The notes: generated from the letters alone by a model not told the origin. A stretch of DNA of 63,916 nt, filler included, from Asterionella formosa (GCA_002256025.1; 21 parts of 21 records of this genome joined end to end with filler, not necessarily neighbours in it), one strand, 5' to 3'; positions 12,648-26,051 are shown, counted from the whole stretch's first letter. A program made the numbers and translations.

Positions 12648-13843
12648 TCAGACCATGTTATTGTTGGCCGCCTTCTCCATCTGATGAATCGCTTCTTCGG
12701 TTATTTCCTTCATTGAATCATTAATATCTTGGTGATGATGGTGGGTTTGATGGAGCATCTGGTAGTTAGGTGTGACAAACTGGGGCTGGTTCATCTGATG
12801 AACCATATGATGCTGCATCATCTGAGGCTGGTGGTGATGGTGCTCCATCTTAGGCAATATAGGCTGAATTGGCGTCAATCCAACCATGATAGGACCTTGA
12901 GCAGTTGCAACCTCGTTAGCAATAATCCCCTCATCCTTCGGACCACGGCCCTTCAATGACCACACAAATTCGCATGTATTGAGTTTTTCCAAGCGGTCAG
13001 GAGACAAGAAGGAGTGCTTTCCTTCCTTTAAGAAACGATACTTTGGATGGTGAGGTAGTAAGTGTTAGGATATATTCTTTTATCGTGAAATTATGTAGCA
13101 ATACAGAAAAGTACGCAACTTACTTGTTCACGCTGCTTAGCAACCCACTTTCCCAACGCCTTGTTTTCCTTAAAGTGCTGTGGTACGACGGTGGTTCCGT
13201 TTTTCTCTTTGAATTCCACAAGTTCGTAGAATCTAATATCCCAGTTGGTCTTGTTTCGGATCTGCCAGGTAAAGTCAAGATCGTCCAGCAACTTCTGACG
13301 TTCCTTTGTCATAGTGGTCTGTTTTCCTTCTTTCCAGAGCTTCATTTGACGTCTCTGGTCCACCACCCACATACTCAGCTTCTGGTTTTCCTGATCACTG
13401 CGAGAGACCATCGTGTGGCCGTGTTGCTTGTGAAACTTTACCAAGCTATCATAATTCAAGTTCCAATGGTCTTCCCCTCTGGTGTTCCAAGGAAACTGGA
13501 GTGAGTTCAACACTACAATGTGTTCTTCGAGGAGGTTGGAAGTGCTAGGGTCTTCTTGAAAAGCCTTGAATTCCTTTCTCTGCACCACAATCCAATCGTA
13601 GAGTCGACGATACCTAGCATCCTCCTTCGCCCGAACCTTCATATCACCATGTTCAGCGCGATAAAGTAGGAGTTCAAAAAACATGGCGTTCCAAGCATTA
13701 CGAGGACCTTCGTCCTCAAGTTTCTGACGCTTGGGATCTGGAGTTTCCAACTGCTGAGCTTCAAGGGGAAGATCTGGATCCATTTGCAACCCATACGATA
13801 CCGACATTGTTTCATGCTTGAGTTTAGGAGGTGTTGGAGGCAT
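12648..13843 (-). CDS. helicase-associated (HA) domain repeat protein with His/Gln-rich tail
   Basis: Three HA repeats (W...L..F...HG...V...L..WV..QR....R...L..L.F.W). Intron 13123-13041 (GTAAGT..AAG) joins QREQ to YRFLKEGK. Confidence 0.88.
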
Positions 13844-14924
13844 GATCAGTTTGAACGATGGGATGAGAAGGACGCTGATGATTGAGATAAGGTTTATCCC
13901 TTGATAATCGTTGTTGTGTTTGGTGCTGAAGCTTCGGGTTTATTCTTCTGACTGGGCGGGGATTGAAGGCTCCTTGTTGGAAAGGCAAGCAGGGAACGAA
14001 ACATGTAACTATCGTACCAGTTCATATGTACCGGTAGAATCTACCTGTACATTTCTACTTACGTAAACAATACAATTTCTAGTCGTACAACGAGCGCCAG
14101 AGAATGTGGAGTACTCCCGACATAATTAACAAGAAAGCACCGTGTGTCGTATGCAACGAATTCAGACTCTGCCTGCCGTGTGTTGTTTTGCTTATATACA
14201 TTTATGTTCGGGTATTTGTATATGTATATAGTCCACCCGGCTACGCGAAACAATCGCTTCAACTTCCATTTCAACATGACACTACCGGTATGTTGTACGT
14301 GGTACCTGGTACCTGGTATCTGGTATCTCGTATCTAGCACCTAGTCCTCGAGTCCTAACTGTCCTACATAACCAAACCAAACCATTAACCAAACCCCCTC
14401 CTGTACTCCCAAGTCACGCAGGAAGTATGTAGGATCATGCAGTAGCCAGCCAAACGTGGGTATGATTTACGACACTACCAGGTACTTACTACACGCACAC
14501 ACTTTCAAATTGAACACAGATTTATTACAATGTTTATTTTAGTATTCCAGTCAATTTTCAACATAATTCACCAGTACTACCTATCGTCTACCGGTGCCTA
14601 CCGGTATGTATGTGGGCTCGTCGTCACTTTTTGCGTTTTACAATCATATTCCGGTATGCTTCAGCTAATGGTGTGTATAGTATACTGACTCGTCCCACAT
14701 TAACCGGCTTGTACAAATGCAGGGTTTAGCCTGCTTGTTTGTAATCCATGTCACATCTGTAAATGTCGTATGTTTATGGTCCATTGTCCCATGGGAAAGC
14801 TTCCTTCAATAGTACCTCTTGTAAATCAGATGGCTTAGGAGGCACCTGCCATGAAAAACAAGGAAAACCACTTGCAATGTACTGGTAGCAAATTTTAAGA
14901 ATTACTGCACGTACATGTTCCCTA

Positions 14925-16407
14925 TTACCAAACTGTTTTTGCGTCGGCAAAGAATTTTTGCCATGTTTCGTTCGCAAATGCAAGCGTCGCGTTGATTGTG
15001 CAAAATTTATTCGTCCCTTTGGCCTTGAAAAAACTGGATTGTATGCTTTTCCCAGTTTCAATGTCTAAATCCAAACCACAGTCTCTGGCATGCTGCAATG
15101 ACTCCTCGAGAAGTCTTGCTTCTTCGTGTTGGTCCAAGCAATCGAGAGGAAAGTCGCTGGGAGTGAGCCCTAATTGTATCTCCTGGAAGTTCTTAATCTT
15201 TGTTCGTAGATATGACCGAGTTTGCTCGTTTTTCAGTAGATTGTTTCTCCATGCCTCAAGCGCTAAAGAGTCATAGTTCAGTTGCCCATCATCTCGCTGA
15301 TTCAAATCAGGTGGCTTAACTATTGACGAGTTGGTCCTATGATAAGCGCACGTGTCATATGCTTTATCCAATATTTTGCAAAGAAAATCGGATACTTGAT
15401 CATGACTCTCTACGTTTAGTATCTTGACTTTGTAGTGAGCACTGAATCTGGCCATGACAGCTCTTGGTGTCGGCACTGGTCCCACAAACGAATGATTGCA
15501 ACTGTTATTCCAAAACATGGTAAATGGCGTGACAAATTTTCCATACTCAGGTGGACCTGGCCACCGTTGGTTCTTTTGAAGTTCAAAATGAGCAGATGGA
15601 ATGAAATTGTGTAAATGTCGATAGGAGACAACAATTTGAACACGTGACCAGCGTCCAAGATATCCATGAATCAATTTCCAAGTAAAAGGTCGGAGTGCAT
15701 GAAAGCCGATAACTTCATTTGACAGGATGATATTGTGTCCGAGTTGACGATGAAACTCCAAAACCCCAATAAAATTNNNNNNNNNNNNNNNNNNNNNNNN
15801 NNNNNNNNNNNNNNNNNNNNNNNNNNNNNNNNNNNNNNNNNNNNNNNNNNNNNNNNNNNNNNNNNNNNNNNNNNNNNNNNNNNNNNNNNNNNNNNNNNNN
15901 NNNNNNNNNNNNNNNNNNNNNNNNNNNNNNNNNNNNNNNNNNNNNNNNNNNNNNNNNNNNNNNNNNNNNNNNNNNNNNNNNNNNNNNNNNNNNNNNNNNN
16001 NNNNNNNNNNNNNNNNNNNNNNNNNNNNNNNNNNNNNNNNNNNNNNNNNNNNNNNNNNNNNNNNNNNNNNNNNNNNNNNNNNNNNNNNNNNNNNNNNNNN
16101 NNNNNNNNNNNNNNNNNNNNNNNNNNNNNNNNNNNNNNNNNNNNNNNNNNNNNNNNNNNNNNNNNNNNNNNNNNNNNNNNNNNNNNNNNNNNNNNNNNNN
16201 NNNNNNNNNNNNNNNNNNNNNNNNNNNNNNNNNNNNNNNNNNNNNNNNNNNNNNNNNNNNNNNNNNNNNNNNNNNNNNNNNNNNNNNNNNNNNNNNNNNN
16301 NNNNNNNNNNNNNNNNNNNNNNNNNNNNNNNNNNNNNNNNNNNNNNNNNNNNNNNNNNNATTTATTCGAACTGGTTTCTTGTCTTTCTGTCGATTCAAAT
16401 TCGACAT
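14925..16407 (-). CDS. hypothetical protein, possibly sulfotransferase-like (middle in N-gap)
   Basis: Long ORF with NIILSNE and VQIVVSYRHLHNFIPS, similar to the SSE/YR motifs of diatom P-loop sulfotransferase-like proteins. The ATG at 16407 across the gap is inferred. Confidence 0.5.
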
Positions 16408-17398
16408 GGCTGCATCATTATTATCAGTTCGGAGCGAGGAAAGTGTAAAGGTGATGGCCGAGGAAAGTGATCTGCAAACGGGTGATGGGTATTACCCCTG
16501 TGCCCTATTACAGTTTACAGTTACTGTAATAGTGCAAGGCTTTTAAAATCAAAATGCAAGCTCTCGTCATTGCAATGAACCAGACACGAACCACCTGTAG
16601 ACAGACCCCCGATTGGTGTGATTCTAAAAGATTGTAGGGGTACATACCAGGGAGTAACAAGTATATGTAGCACCATGGCGACATCATGACATCGAGTGTC
16701 GAGGTTGACGGTTAGCGACATAATAGTTATACTTTACTTTTGAGTACCGGTACCGGTATATACCAGCCATAGTCTACTTATTACTACTACCAGGTACCTG
16801 GTACCAGGGTACGACCGGTAATAGACCCACAAGAAGGCGCTACATAATTACCGGAAGCCAATAACTAACTACCGGTAACACATCATATGTATGAGAAGAG
16901 GACGAAAAATTATAGGCAGAGGCAAAGCAGAGGCACTCCTACCTGTTCACAACCTGTCCCCCCCCGTCGCGCGTAGGATTCAAGGACCGAGGACACGCGC
17001 ACAACAACGACAATTATGATCGACATATTCAACTACGTATATTCACGCACCGGATTCTTACCGGTAATCTCTAAATGTACAGCAAAGGGCAATGTCGGCA
17101 ATTGGGAAACATTTAGCTATTTTTTCTCAGGACGAGTATAAACCGGTTTTACCGCACCTTGTTCTCAAGTACCACAGCAGCATGCATGCGATTGTGTGCT
17201 CCTGGACTCCCCCGCCTTGAGAATTGAATTCCTAGTCCGTTCAGTCGAATATCTTTGTTCGATGTTCGCACATCACGAACACCGGTATATTTTGTATCCA
17301 ACATTGTATATACAACATTTGCAACAGCGAGGACGGTCTGTTGCAACAACATTTGGAAGTATTTTAGAGTCTAGCAACCAAAGCCAACAGAACTGACC

Positions 17399-18330
17399 AT
17401 GATGAAGGTTGCTTTCTTAGTCTCAACTCTCGCAGTCACTGCTCACTCTGCAACCAAGGTTGCAGTCCTTGAGTTCGGAAAGAGCGGCGTTGTTCGCCGC
17501 ACAACCTCCACGCGCACGGTTACAACATTTTCCGGCGTTGTTTCCTTTTTGGGGGCTCTTCATGGACAGCGACAGTTACAGCAAGCTGGCATGCCATTAG
17601 TTCCTGATCTCTTCAACAAGCCAGACCATGCACTGATTGTAGGAATTAGTGGCGTTGACCTTGCTTCCATGCCCGCGTTGTCCAACATTGTGGAGAACCA
17701 GGCCGTCGGGCACATGGACGTGGACGGTTCCCACTGCAACGGCATGTTGAACAAATTTGGTCCTCCGCAAGAAACGTCTGTAAACAATTTGGTTGTTGAC
17801 GCCAAGGCGAAGTTGACAGAGACTGGCTTGAAATCAATGTCGTTGACGGTGACCGACAGTGACGCTGCTGCAGTCGAGGCCCAGATTCAGACTCTCATTG
17901 CCTCGTTGAAGGAACAATCGACTGACGGAAAGTCCCGTGTTGTTCATTTCGTTTTGGAGGAAAAGGACGGTGAATCTCATCGTCGTCTTGATTCTCGTGA
18001 ACTTGCATCTGGTAAGTTTTTGCTAGAAATTGAGCAGGCTTTTTTAGGCTGTTCTACTGTATTGTTTGAATTGGGCAAACTAACTGGACTATACTATCAT
18101 CCTCAACAGCGTCTAGCGGATACTACTACGGATATGGATACTACAACGATTACGGAATTTGGGTCACCCCCTACAAGACCATGTTCCAAATTCAATATTT
18201 CAACGTTGTTTTGTGGACGTCGATTGTTTTGGTTTTTGTTCTCATTTCCACTATTTACATGATGATTGACATGCCAATGGAAGCCGACACTTTGTTGTTT
18301 GGAGAATCAGCAAAAATGATGGCAGAGTAG
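17399..18330 (+). CDS. ATP6AP2: V-ATPase accessory subunit ATP6AP2/renin-receptor-like type I membrane protein
   Basis: Signal peptide; intron 18012-18109. Spliced C-terminus QYFNVVLWTSIVLVFVLISTIYMMIDMPMEADTLLFGES resembles the ATP6AP2 FNxVLW...MxxxxDxxxY tail. Confidence 0.7.
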
Positions 18331-18482
18331 ACATTTTGCTATTCATTTAATTTATTCTTGTAGATTTCAACCACTCTCGAACATGCCGTTGTATTGTAGT
18401 TTCCAAATGATTGTGACCTCGTTGAATGATTTGTTCAGCTGTATGTTTGGTATTATTATGGATGGTTACTGCATTAGTTTAT

Positions 18483-19484
18483 CTATTTGTTTCTCATTTT
18501 CGGCAACGCTGCCTTTCCTCTACTAACATACCATTTTAGTTTGTTCCTTCTTAACCACACTTCATAGTAGCCCATTCCAAACAGCAAACCACCTAAATGA
18601 GTAATGTGCGCCACTTTCGAATGAGGAGCAACGGACCCAATGACGCTCCAAATTAACATGACCGTCAAGAACATATCAGCTTTGAGTGTGATTGGAAAGA
18701 CAGCAAGGACCATACGAAACTCCTTGTCAGGAAACAGCTTGGCTTGGAACGCCATCATTGCCAATGTTACCCCCGAGAGACCCATACACCCACCATCGGC
18801 TCCATCACGAATCAAAAATGCCATAGAACCAGCTAGAGCAGCGCCAAGAACAAAAGGAAACAAATGCCAATGTGTCGCGTTCAGCGTTTGTAGGAGTGAG
18901 GGACCAAGGGTCAGATAGGCAAACAAATTCACCAACAAATGTGTCGCTGATGCATGTGACACAGCCGATAAAAGTATACATAGTAGTCTACCATGATGGA
19001 TATTGTATCCGCTACAGACAAAGAAAGACTGAAGGAGTCCGTGAAATGCAGGGATCTGCCAGGCAATGTAAACCAGGAGGGACATTAGAGTCACTAACGA
19101 GAGGGTTGGACTGGTCTGGTGGAGTGACTTTGCGGATGAAAAGATTCTTTGAAGCGGCGTCTGCGTGGACCGTTTTCCCCAACTGGAAGTGGTGGCATAG
19201 TAGGGCTGGCTTTCTATCCGTACGTGCACAGCTGGACGACCGTCGAGCTCACCCAGGGTCATGGGTCGAGCAAGCATTTGTTGCTGTTGATTTCCTTGCG
19301 GTGGAAACATGGTCTGATGGAACTCATTTGGCAACTGTCCATTTCCATTTCCACTTCCACTTCCTCCTCGGATCCGTAAGCAGACTCTAAACGATATTGG
19401 CGTCGATTGCCTGCCATGTACAGGAGATCTAGAGCACGAAAGACTTGCTAGCAACAACAAGTAGAGCATCCTCAGATTTCCCAT
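18483..19484 (-). CDS. rhomboid-family intramembrane serine protease with signal peptide
   Basis: SHASATHLLVN (HxxxxHxxxN), catalytic GLSG, AHITHLGG and multiple TM segments. Confidence 0.9.
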   Translation of the reverse strand: MGNLRMLYLLLLASLSCSRSPVHGRQSTPISFRVCLRIRGGSGSGNGNGQLPNEFHQTMFPPQGNQQQQMLARPMTLGELDGRPAVHVRIESQPYYATTSSWGKRSTQTPLQRIFSSAKSLHQTSPTLSLVTLMSLLVYIAWQIPAFHGLLQSFFVCSGYNIHHGRLLCILLSAVSHASATHLLVNLFAYLTLGPSLLQTLNATHWHLFPFVLGAALAGSMAFLIRDGADGGCMGLSGVTLAMMAFQAKLFPDKEFRMVLAVFPITLKADMFLTVMLIWSVIGSVAPHSKVAHITHLGGLLFGMGYYEVWLRRNKLKWYVSRGKAALPKMRNK

Positions 19485-19509
19485 GGTCAATTCTCATTCG
19501 CCGCTCTTG

Positions 19510-19609
19510 NNNNNNNNNNNNNNNNNNNNNNNNNNNNNNNNNNNNNNNNNNNNTTAATTAATTAANNNNNNNNNNNNNNNNNNNNNNNNNNNNNNNNNNN
19601 NNNNNNNNN
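19510..19609. other. artificial contig linker N-TTAATTAATTAA-N (recurs about 20 times to 62710)
   Basis: Identical 12-mer with stops in all frames, flanked by ~45 Ns and separating unrelated ~1.2-kb pieces. Confidence 0.97.
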
Positions 19610-20456
19610 GCACCTCACACAAGCAAAGAGAGACTTACTCACCAAGAAGGCTTTGTACCATCTTCCATTTGCAATTGAGAAGACAGATGTAGTTGGAATT
19701 GTTGCACATGCTTGGGAAAAAAGTTTTGCGAGATTACGCACAAACAAAAAAGCGGTAGCAGAGCGAGGCTGGGGACCTTTGAACTATAATTGTTTGTTGA
19801 ATCCTGAAATACAGCTGACAAAATTTGGTGTTGTCCCATTGAATAGAATCTCACACAGCAACAGAACCTCTATTACACCTGACCAGCTCAACCTGCAAGA
19901 AGGACTTTCAGGAACTCTTACAAATCAAATCGTTGAATACATAAACAGAGAAGATGTGCGAAATGGTAATGATGCAGCAGAACATGCCAGGAAAAGAAAA
20001 CAAACAGCACAAGCAGCAATCGACACACACAAACGAATGACCGCAGGACTGCACTTTGCTGTTGGAAACACTTGTCTAGGACCACCGCTTTTTGAGCATA
20101 TGCTGGAAATCAAACGCCGGCATGAAATCCAGGAACAAAACAAGGAGCAGAAATTGAATCAACGGTTTTTTGAATTGTCACAGAAGGTACAGGCCATCAG
20201 AAAGACTGGAAAGGAAGCTGGAAGCTACAACGTAGCTGAACTGAAAACAATGGTGACATGGTACAAGCGCAATGGCGATGCGCCGCTTCCAATAACCAGA
20301 CAGAACTTGTTGGCAAGATACTTGGAGACTTGTTGCCGTGGAGAAAAGCATTCTCCATATCCAATTCGGCCTCTTGATGTTGTGCTTGTGGGAGGGCAGG
20401 AGCTTAGTAGGGATGAGGGCGATATTGCAGTGGTGTTGATAGGCACAAGCATTTAA
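19610..20456 (+). mobile_element. pogo/DDE-1-type DNA transposase, C-terminal part
   Basis: ORF is open from the contig start. DVVGIVAHAWEKSFA...KKAVAERGWGPLN is typical of the end of a DDE-1 domain and is followed by a charged tail. Confidence 0.7.
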
Positions 20457-20600
20457 TGTGGCTCAATGCATTTGTGTGTGATCGTGATATAAATATTGGA
20501 TGCGAAAATTCTTAAAAATAATTTTGCGAAAACCAAACAGGGTAATCCGTGATCATAATGGTATATAAAATTATATACAATTATAGATAAAAATTTAAGT

Positions 20601-20805
20601 ACTGCTGTGACCCATTACCAGCAAATTTTGTCCACATAAAATGGTTCGTATCTCAGTACCTCGACCTTCAATGAGAATACCGACTGATCCGCAACCTGCT
20701 GACTCCTTTGGTTAACAAGACCTGGAAGTTTGATTCTCGCAAGGCATGGAATAGGTTTAGTCGAACTAATCAAACGAATAGGAGAACTCAGTGGGTCACA
20801 GCAGT
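20601..20805. mobile_element. 205-bp segment bounded by 14-bp inverted repeats (MITE or transposon terminus)
   Basis: ACTGCTGTGACCCA (20601-20614) / TGGGTCACAGCAGT (20792-20805), downstream of the transposase. Confidence 0.55.
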
Positions 20806-22645
20806 TCTTTACTGGTACNNNNNNNNNNNNNNNNNNNNNNNNNNNNNNNNNNNNNNNNNNNNTTAATTAATTAANNNNNNNNNNNNNNNNNNNNNNNNNN
20901 NNNNNNNNNNNNNNNNNNCAAAATGGGCTGAACAAGAAGAGAAATGCAGAGTATTGTTGTGGACTTCATGATTCGAAACTAAATGACACCTATAATACGT
21001 TCTTGAATGTTGCGGCCACTCATTTAAATATATATATATATATATTATGTTTGTGCACATACTATACAGATAAATAGTCTACTGCTTAATTAAAGTTCCG
21101 GCATTTAGGGGGGGGAAGAATTATTCTGAGCAATCAAACACACATTTCAATTGTAAAATAAACATGTAATAGTACTTTTAACAGAGCTTTCACCATTCAG
21201 CACTGTTTCCATATGATTTGATGCAGCTATTGGTCAAAGCACCTTCAGGGATGACAAGTTTCGGGGGTGAAACAGACAACAAGCAGACCTAAGGCCCTTT
21301 GGGGGGCCAATTAGTAAGACTTTATAACCTCCAAAAAACGTCGAGTTCTTTAACAAAAGCATACTCTAAATTTACTCAATGATTTAACTATAGTTTTTTC
21401 TTTGACCTGCATCTCTTGATTGTGCTGTTTGTTAACCAAGTATATGCTTGCTAGCTGGTGGCAGTCTCCTCTTATCAGTACGTTTGACATCAAAAATGAC
21501 AACTTTATGAAACCAAATAATACTCCCTGTCACAACATAGGGTCCACTGCATGGTGTCGGATGCAACAACTATGTTCATTTAGAGTCGATGCCACAATGA
21601 CCATTGTTATTGGCCTTGAGGACCATGACTAGTAGCCTTGTTTAACACTTGTCATTTTGCTTTGTGATGCTAATTTTTTTAGCAAGGCCTTTTATTCTTG
21701 TTTGTAGTCTGCTGATCTTGAATGCAAGATGATACTAATCCGGGTAAAGAAGGTAAAACCACCACTATGCTACAAGTAAGCAAAATTCAAGTAAATTCAA
21801 TCCAATAGCCCTAAACAATCAACATGTATCGCTATTTAGTGTTACTATACTTCCCAAACTATAAAAATCTAACCGAAATACCTGTTGCCTGCATGGTCTC
21901 GTTTCGGCTTTTTATTCAGCTTCTAATCACTGGTAGTGATGTAACTATACCGGAAAAGGTGAGAACTACTCCACTGTCCCTTAACGCTTTGCGAATGAGC
22001 ATGATATCCACATTGGCCATCAATGTTATTTATTCAAGGAACAAAGTTCGAGGCATGCAAAAAGATGAAGAAAAATCATGTTGACAAAAAATTGCAAGAC
22101 AAGGGTCCCCTATCTGCTCAGGTGGGANNNNNNNNNNNNNNNNNNNNNNNNNNNNNNNNNNNNNNNNNNNNTTAATTAATTAANNNNNNNNNNNNNNNNN
22201 NNNNNNNNNNNNNNNNNNNNNNNNNNNGCGAGTTTGCGGTCGTGAGAGACTGTCCGTCCCTCGTCCGTATCAAGTCGTAGCTTCTCTTGCTGGGTGGCAC
22301 TTTCTAGATTCGCTGGAAGAATGAAAATAACGCTGGCGAGTTTGACTTGATGATAGTCGTTTTTTGTTAAATTTTTGTTACCACAGTGGGCGCGCTCTGA
22401 TAATAAAAAATTATTATATCATGTGTGTTTTATAACACAAATTATTCTGGTGATCTGCTACATAATATCGTCCTTGCGCTCTGATAATAGAAATATTTTA
22501 GATTACTTCTCTGACATTAAATATATTTTTAACTTTAATTTTCAACAGTTGAATTTTCATATCGATGCATCCTCTTGTATGCTATGCCGCCTCTTGTTCA
22601 TTATATGCATGAGTTCTATATATTCATCATCGTCAGTCACTGACC

Positions 22646-23237
22646 ATGTCGACTTTCATCTCATCTTCTGATGATGATGATGATGACATTATGATCACAT
22701 TGCTACTGTTAGCAATGTGCTATCCACCAGCAAATAGGACGCCATCGTTCAGGGAAAGTTTGACTGTTGATGAGGTCAGAAGAAGAAGTGGCAAAATCTG
22801 TTGCCATGCACTACAGCATCAGTAGAAATGGCTTCCAGCAATGAGAGAATCTCATTGATCCTGAACTGTTGACCCCGACTCTGCATGCTTCGGCGAGCTC
22901 TTGGAAACGTTGGTGCTTGCCTGGCAGTTGCCGTTCTTGAAACTGAACTAGTAGTAGGAGCACGTGAAAAATTGTTGTTGTTCCTTGATGGGGACTGAGT
23001 AACCCCAGAAACACCAATCTGAGAAACACCTGGGACACCTATCCTACTGTCCTCATCGTCACTGGCAAACTCATCAGCACCAGTGTCATCTTCATTCTCG
23101 TCGTCGTCCTCCTCCTCTTCTTCTGGTTGAGTCTGTTGTTGTTCTTGTTGCTGGTGACGGCGACGTTCAAGCAGCCTTGGAGAGGAAGGGAAGCCCTCCC
23201 TGGCTGCTCTCCTTTGACCAGAAGAAGATGACGACAT
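22646..23237. mobile_element. internally deleted PIF/Harbinger-like element (5' ends of convergent transposase and Myb/SANT-like ORF)
   Basis: Plus-strand ORF 22646-22825 ends FRESLTVDEVRRRSGKICCHALQH. Minus-strand ORF from 23237 ends RGQQFRINEILSLLEAIST. Both break at ~22820. Confidence 0.55.
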
Positions 23238-23535
23238 GGCCGAAATCTAAAAGCGATGACGATCGATTTATTGAGGAGGTTGATTGATTTGTAATAATAT
23301 GCATATGTATATGCATACCTATTTTGGCAAGAGCAAGCCATTTTGAGTATGAGCAAGCAAGTCTTGAAATATTCCGGGAAATTCTATATAGTCATTCATG
23401 TCTAAACATCTTTTTATATAATGCACTGTTATTTANNNNNNNNNNNNNNNNNNNNNNNNNNNNNNNNNNNNNNNNNNNNTTAATTAATTAANNNNNNNNN
23501 NNNNNNNNNNNNNNNNNNNNNNNNNNNNNNNNNNN

Positions 23536-23770
<235 letters not shown>

Positions 23771-24593
23771 CTACCGGTATTTGTTTTTATGAATGTGAAG
23801 TATTATCTCTGTTGTATAGATAATAGATAATGGTAGATGCAAGCAATGGCTTAATATAGTTGACAACCGGTATTATGACTCATAATGGGGTTTCAAGTGC
23901 TGGTGGTGAGATGACGTTATGATATCTGGAATAAGCAATGGAAATAATCGATCATCATGGTCGCTGCATTGATGCTGAGCGAGCGATGGTGTCTGCACAA
24001 ATGTACCAGTTAGGGTTAGGGATAGTGTTAAGGAATCAAATCATGCTGCCCCGCCCGCTGCCAGGAGGAATGGTGGTATACAAATGATTTACCAGTATTG
24101 TGCAGGAGTGAATCATGTATTTCTACGTATGCAAGTGGTATGATCGTACCATGGAACCAGGTACCAGGGCGCTATGTAGGCGCCTGGTACCAGTAGACCA
24201 CCCGGTTACTCCTGGAGCTATCTTGTACGTAGGAGCAGAAGCGGTCAGCGCTGAACCGCACAATCAAACAACAAGCAGTCCACAACATGTAATTGTAAAG
24301 TAAGTACCCGGTACCAGGTACCTCTGGTAAGTGCTGTACGTAAAATAGTGCAATCATACTAGGATCATACATACGTAAGCCCACTCTAGATAGTCTGCCG
24401 GTACCAGTACCCGGTAGTAGATTGTGTCATATACCCCGTAATGCTAAACTTGTAAGTATCGTTGCTACCCAGTACAGTACTGATAGTCTAGGTATTTGAT
24501 TCTCCGCCAGGTTACCGCTAAGCTAATAGTAGCAGTAAAAGCTAAAGCTAAATAAAGCAAAAGCAACAACAAGACAAGCAGCAAGGAGGAACG

Positions 24594-24743
24594 ATGATAA
24601 ACATCCCATCACCTTCTTCAGTAAGCATCATGAGGAATAGAGTTGTACTAATGATGAGTCGAGGCCTTGAGAACCATCGTACAAGCAGTAACGCGATTCG
24701 CACATTGTCAACCCGAGGTCCGAATCGATTTGCTAAGCAGCCG
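24594..24743 (+). CDS. 5' fragment of a protein with a mitochondrial-presequence-like N-terminus
   Basis: R/S-rich, acid-poor ORF running off the contig; divergent from the RRM gene. Confidence 0.4.
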
Positions 24744-25848
24744 NNNNNNNNNNNNNNNNNNNNNNNNNNNNNNNNNNNNNNNNNNNNTTAATTAATTAAN
24801 NNNNNNNNNNNNNNNNNNNNNNNNNNNNNNNNNNNNNNNNNNNAGCTAGTATGTTGGGGAAATTCCATTCATTTTAGTATCCGAGATATTTCGTCTTTAC
24901 ATATTTGGTTACCGGTAACTTACACCATACCGGCAGTTGACCAAACAAGAAATGACCATCAGCGGGGGTAGTCCCTTCACTGGTCTTGGAAGAATTACAA
25001 CATTTCTGCATGCTGAGATTAGAAATTAAAAGTACGGCGTAGACGGATTGTACCCACGCACATGTGATGTCCCATTCATACATCGAATGACCTACACCAA
25101 CAAAAAGTGGGAAACCGCTTATGTCCACTTGCAAATTATTTAAAATGGTACTCCCTACCAGGGACCCGTTGCTTAATTTCGAGTCAATCACTACATAGGC
25201 AGTATCCTAAACATACACGAACCAAGTAGCAAGTACCTGGTACCGATACAATACCAAAAGCACTTTTGTTGAACTTTGTCTTGCCTCTGGTGAACAATGC
25301 AGAGAATTTTTGCACATATGTACCGGTAAGCGGCTGGTCATGCTGTTTCGTCATCGAATTCGAATGACTCCTTTAGGGTGACGGACAGTCATCGTGTGAT
25401 TGTTTGGGGTTCCCTCCCATCCACGAAAACATGATTGGACATTTTGCAAACACAAAATTTAATTCATAAAAATTATTTCTGTTTTTATCGGTGAAGAAAA
25501 CCATAAGGCATCAAAATGGAGCGTCATTGAAGGACATAAAAGTGTCACTTTCACCCTCATGCTACGACCTGCAATATGTACCGCGCAGAGAAACCACCGG
25601 TATTCGCTTTGCATCACTCTCCATCGCTTCTCCCAGACCAGATCGATCGTACAGGCACCACGTTGCTCACGTGCCAATGTATTCTTGTACTTTAGTGAAA
25701 TCCTTTTAAAAGTCATGAAACGTTATCCGAGGTCTTTGGTGTGATTCCAAAGAGTAAAACGATCATAAAAATGAAATGAACTCGATAAAATTAACTATTA
25801 TATACATATATTGATATATTCATTCGGCTTGGTCCAATTTTTTGCGAA

Positions 25849-26051
25849 TCATTCACAAGACAAGCTCCTTCGTTGACACTGCTTCGTAATGTTTTGAACA
25901 ATATTCTCTGCCAAGACAATGGTGGAGTCTGTTGATCCGCCCCAGGAATCGCTATCATTCAATGAATCATCAAGGGAGGAGATGCTAGAATTGAAATCTT
26001 GCTGTATCATTGAAAGCATCGCTGCTGTTTGTGAGTTGCGTCGCTCAAAGC
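25849..26051 (-). CDS. 3' fragment of a hypothetical protein (ERRNSQTAAML motif)
   Basis: Open frame from the contig end: FERRNSQTAAMLSMIQQDF...WGGSTDSTIVLAENIVQ...CE*. Confidence 0.45.

Noticed and set aside
24010..24021. TTAGGGTTAGGG telomere-like motif (also ~52126)
   Set aside because: Only about two units and internal; not a telomeric array.
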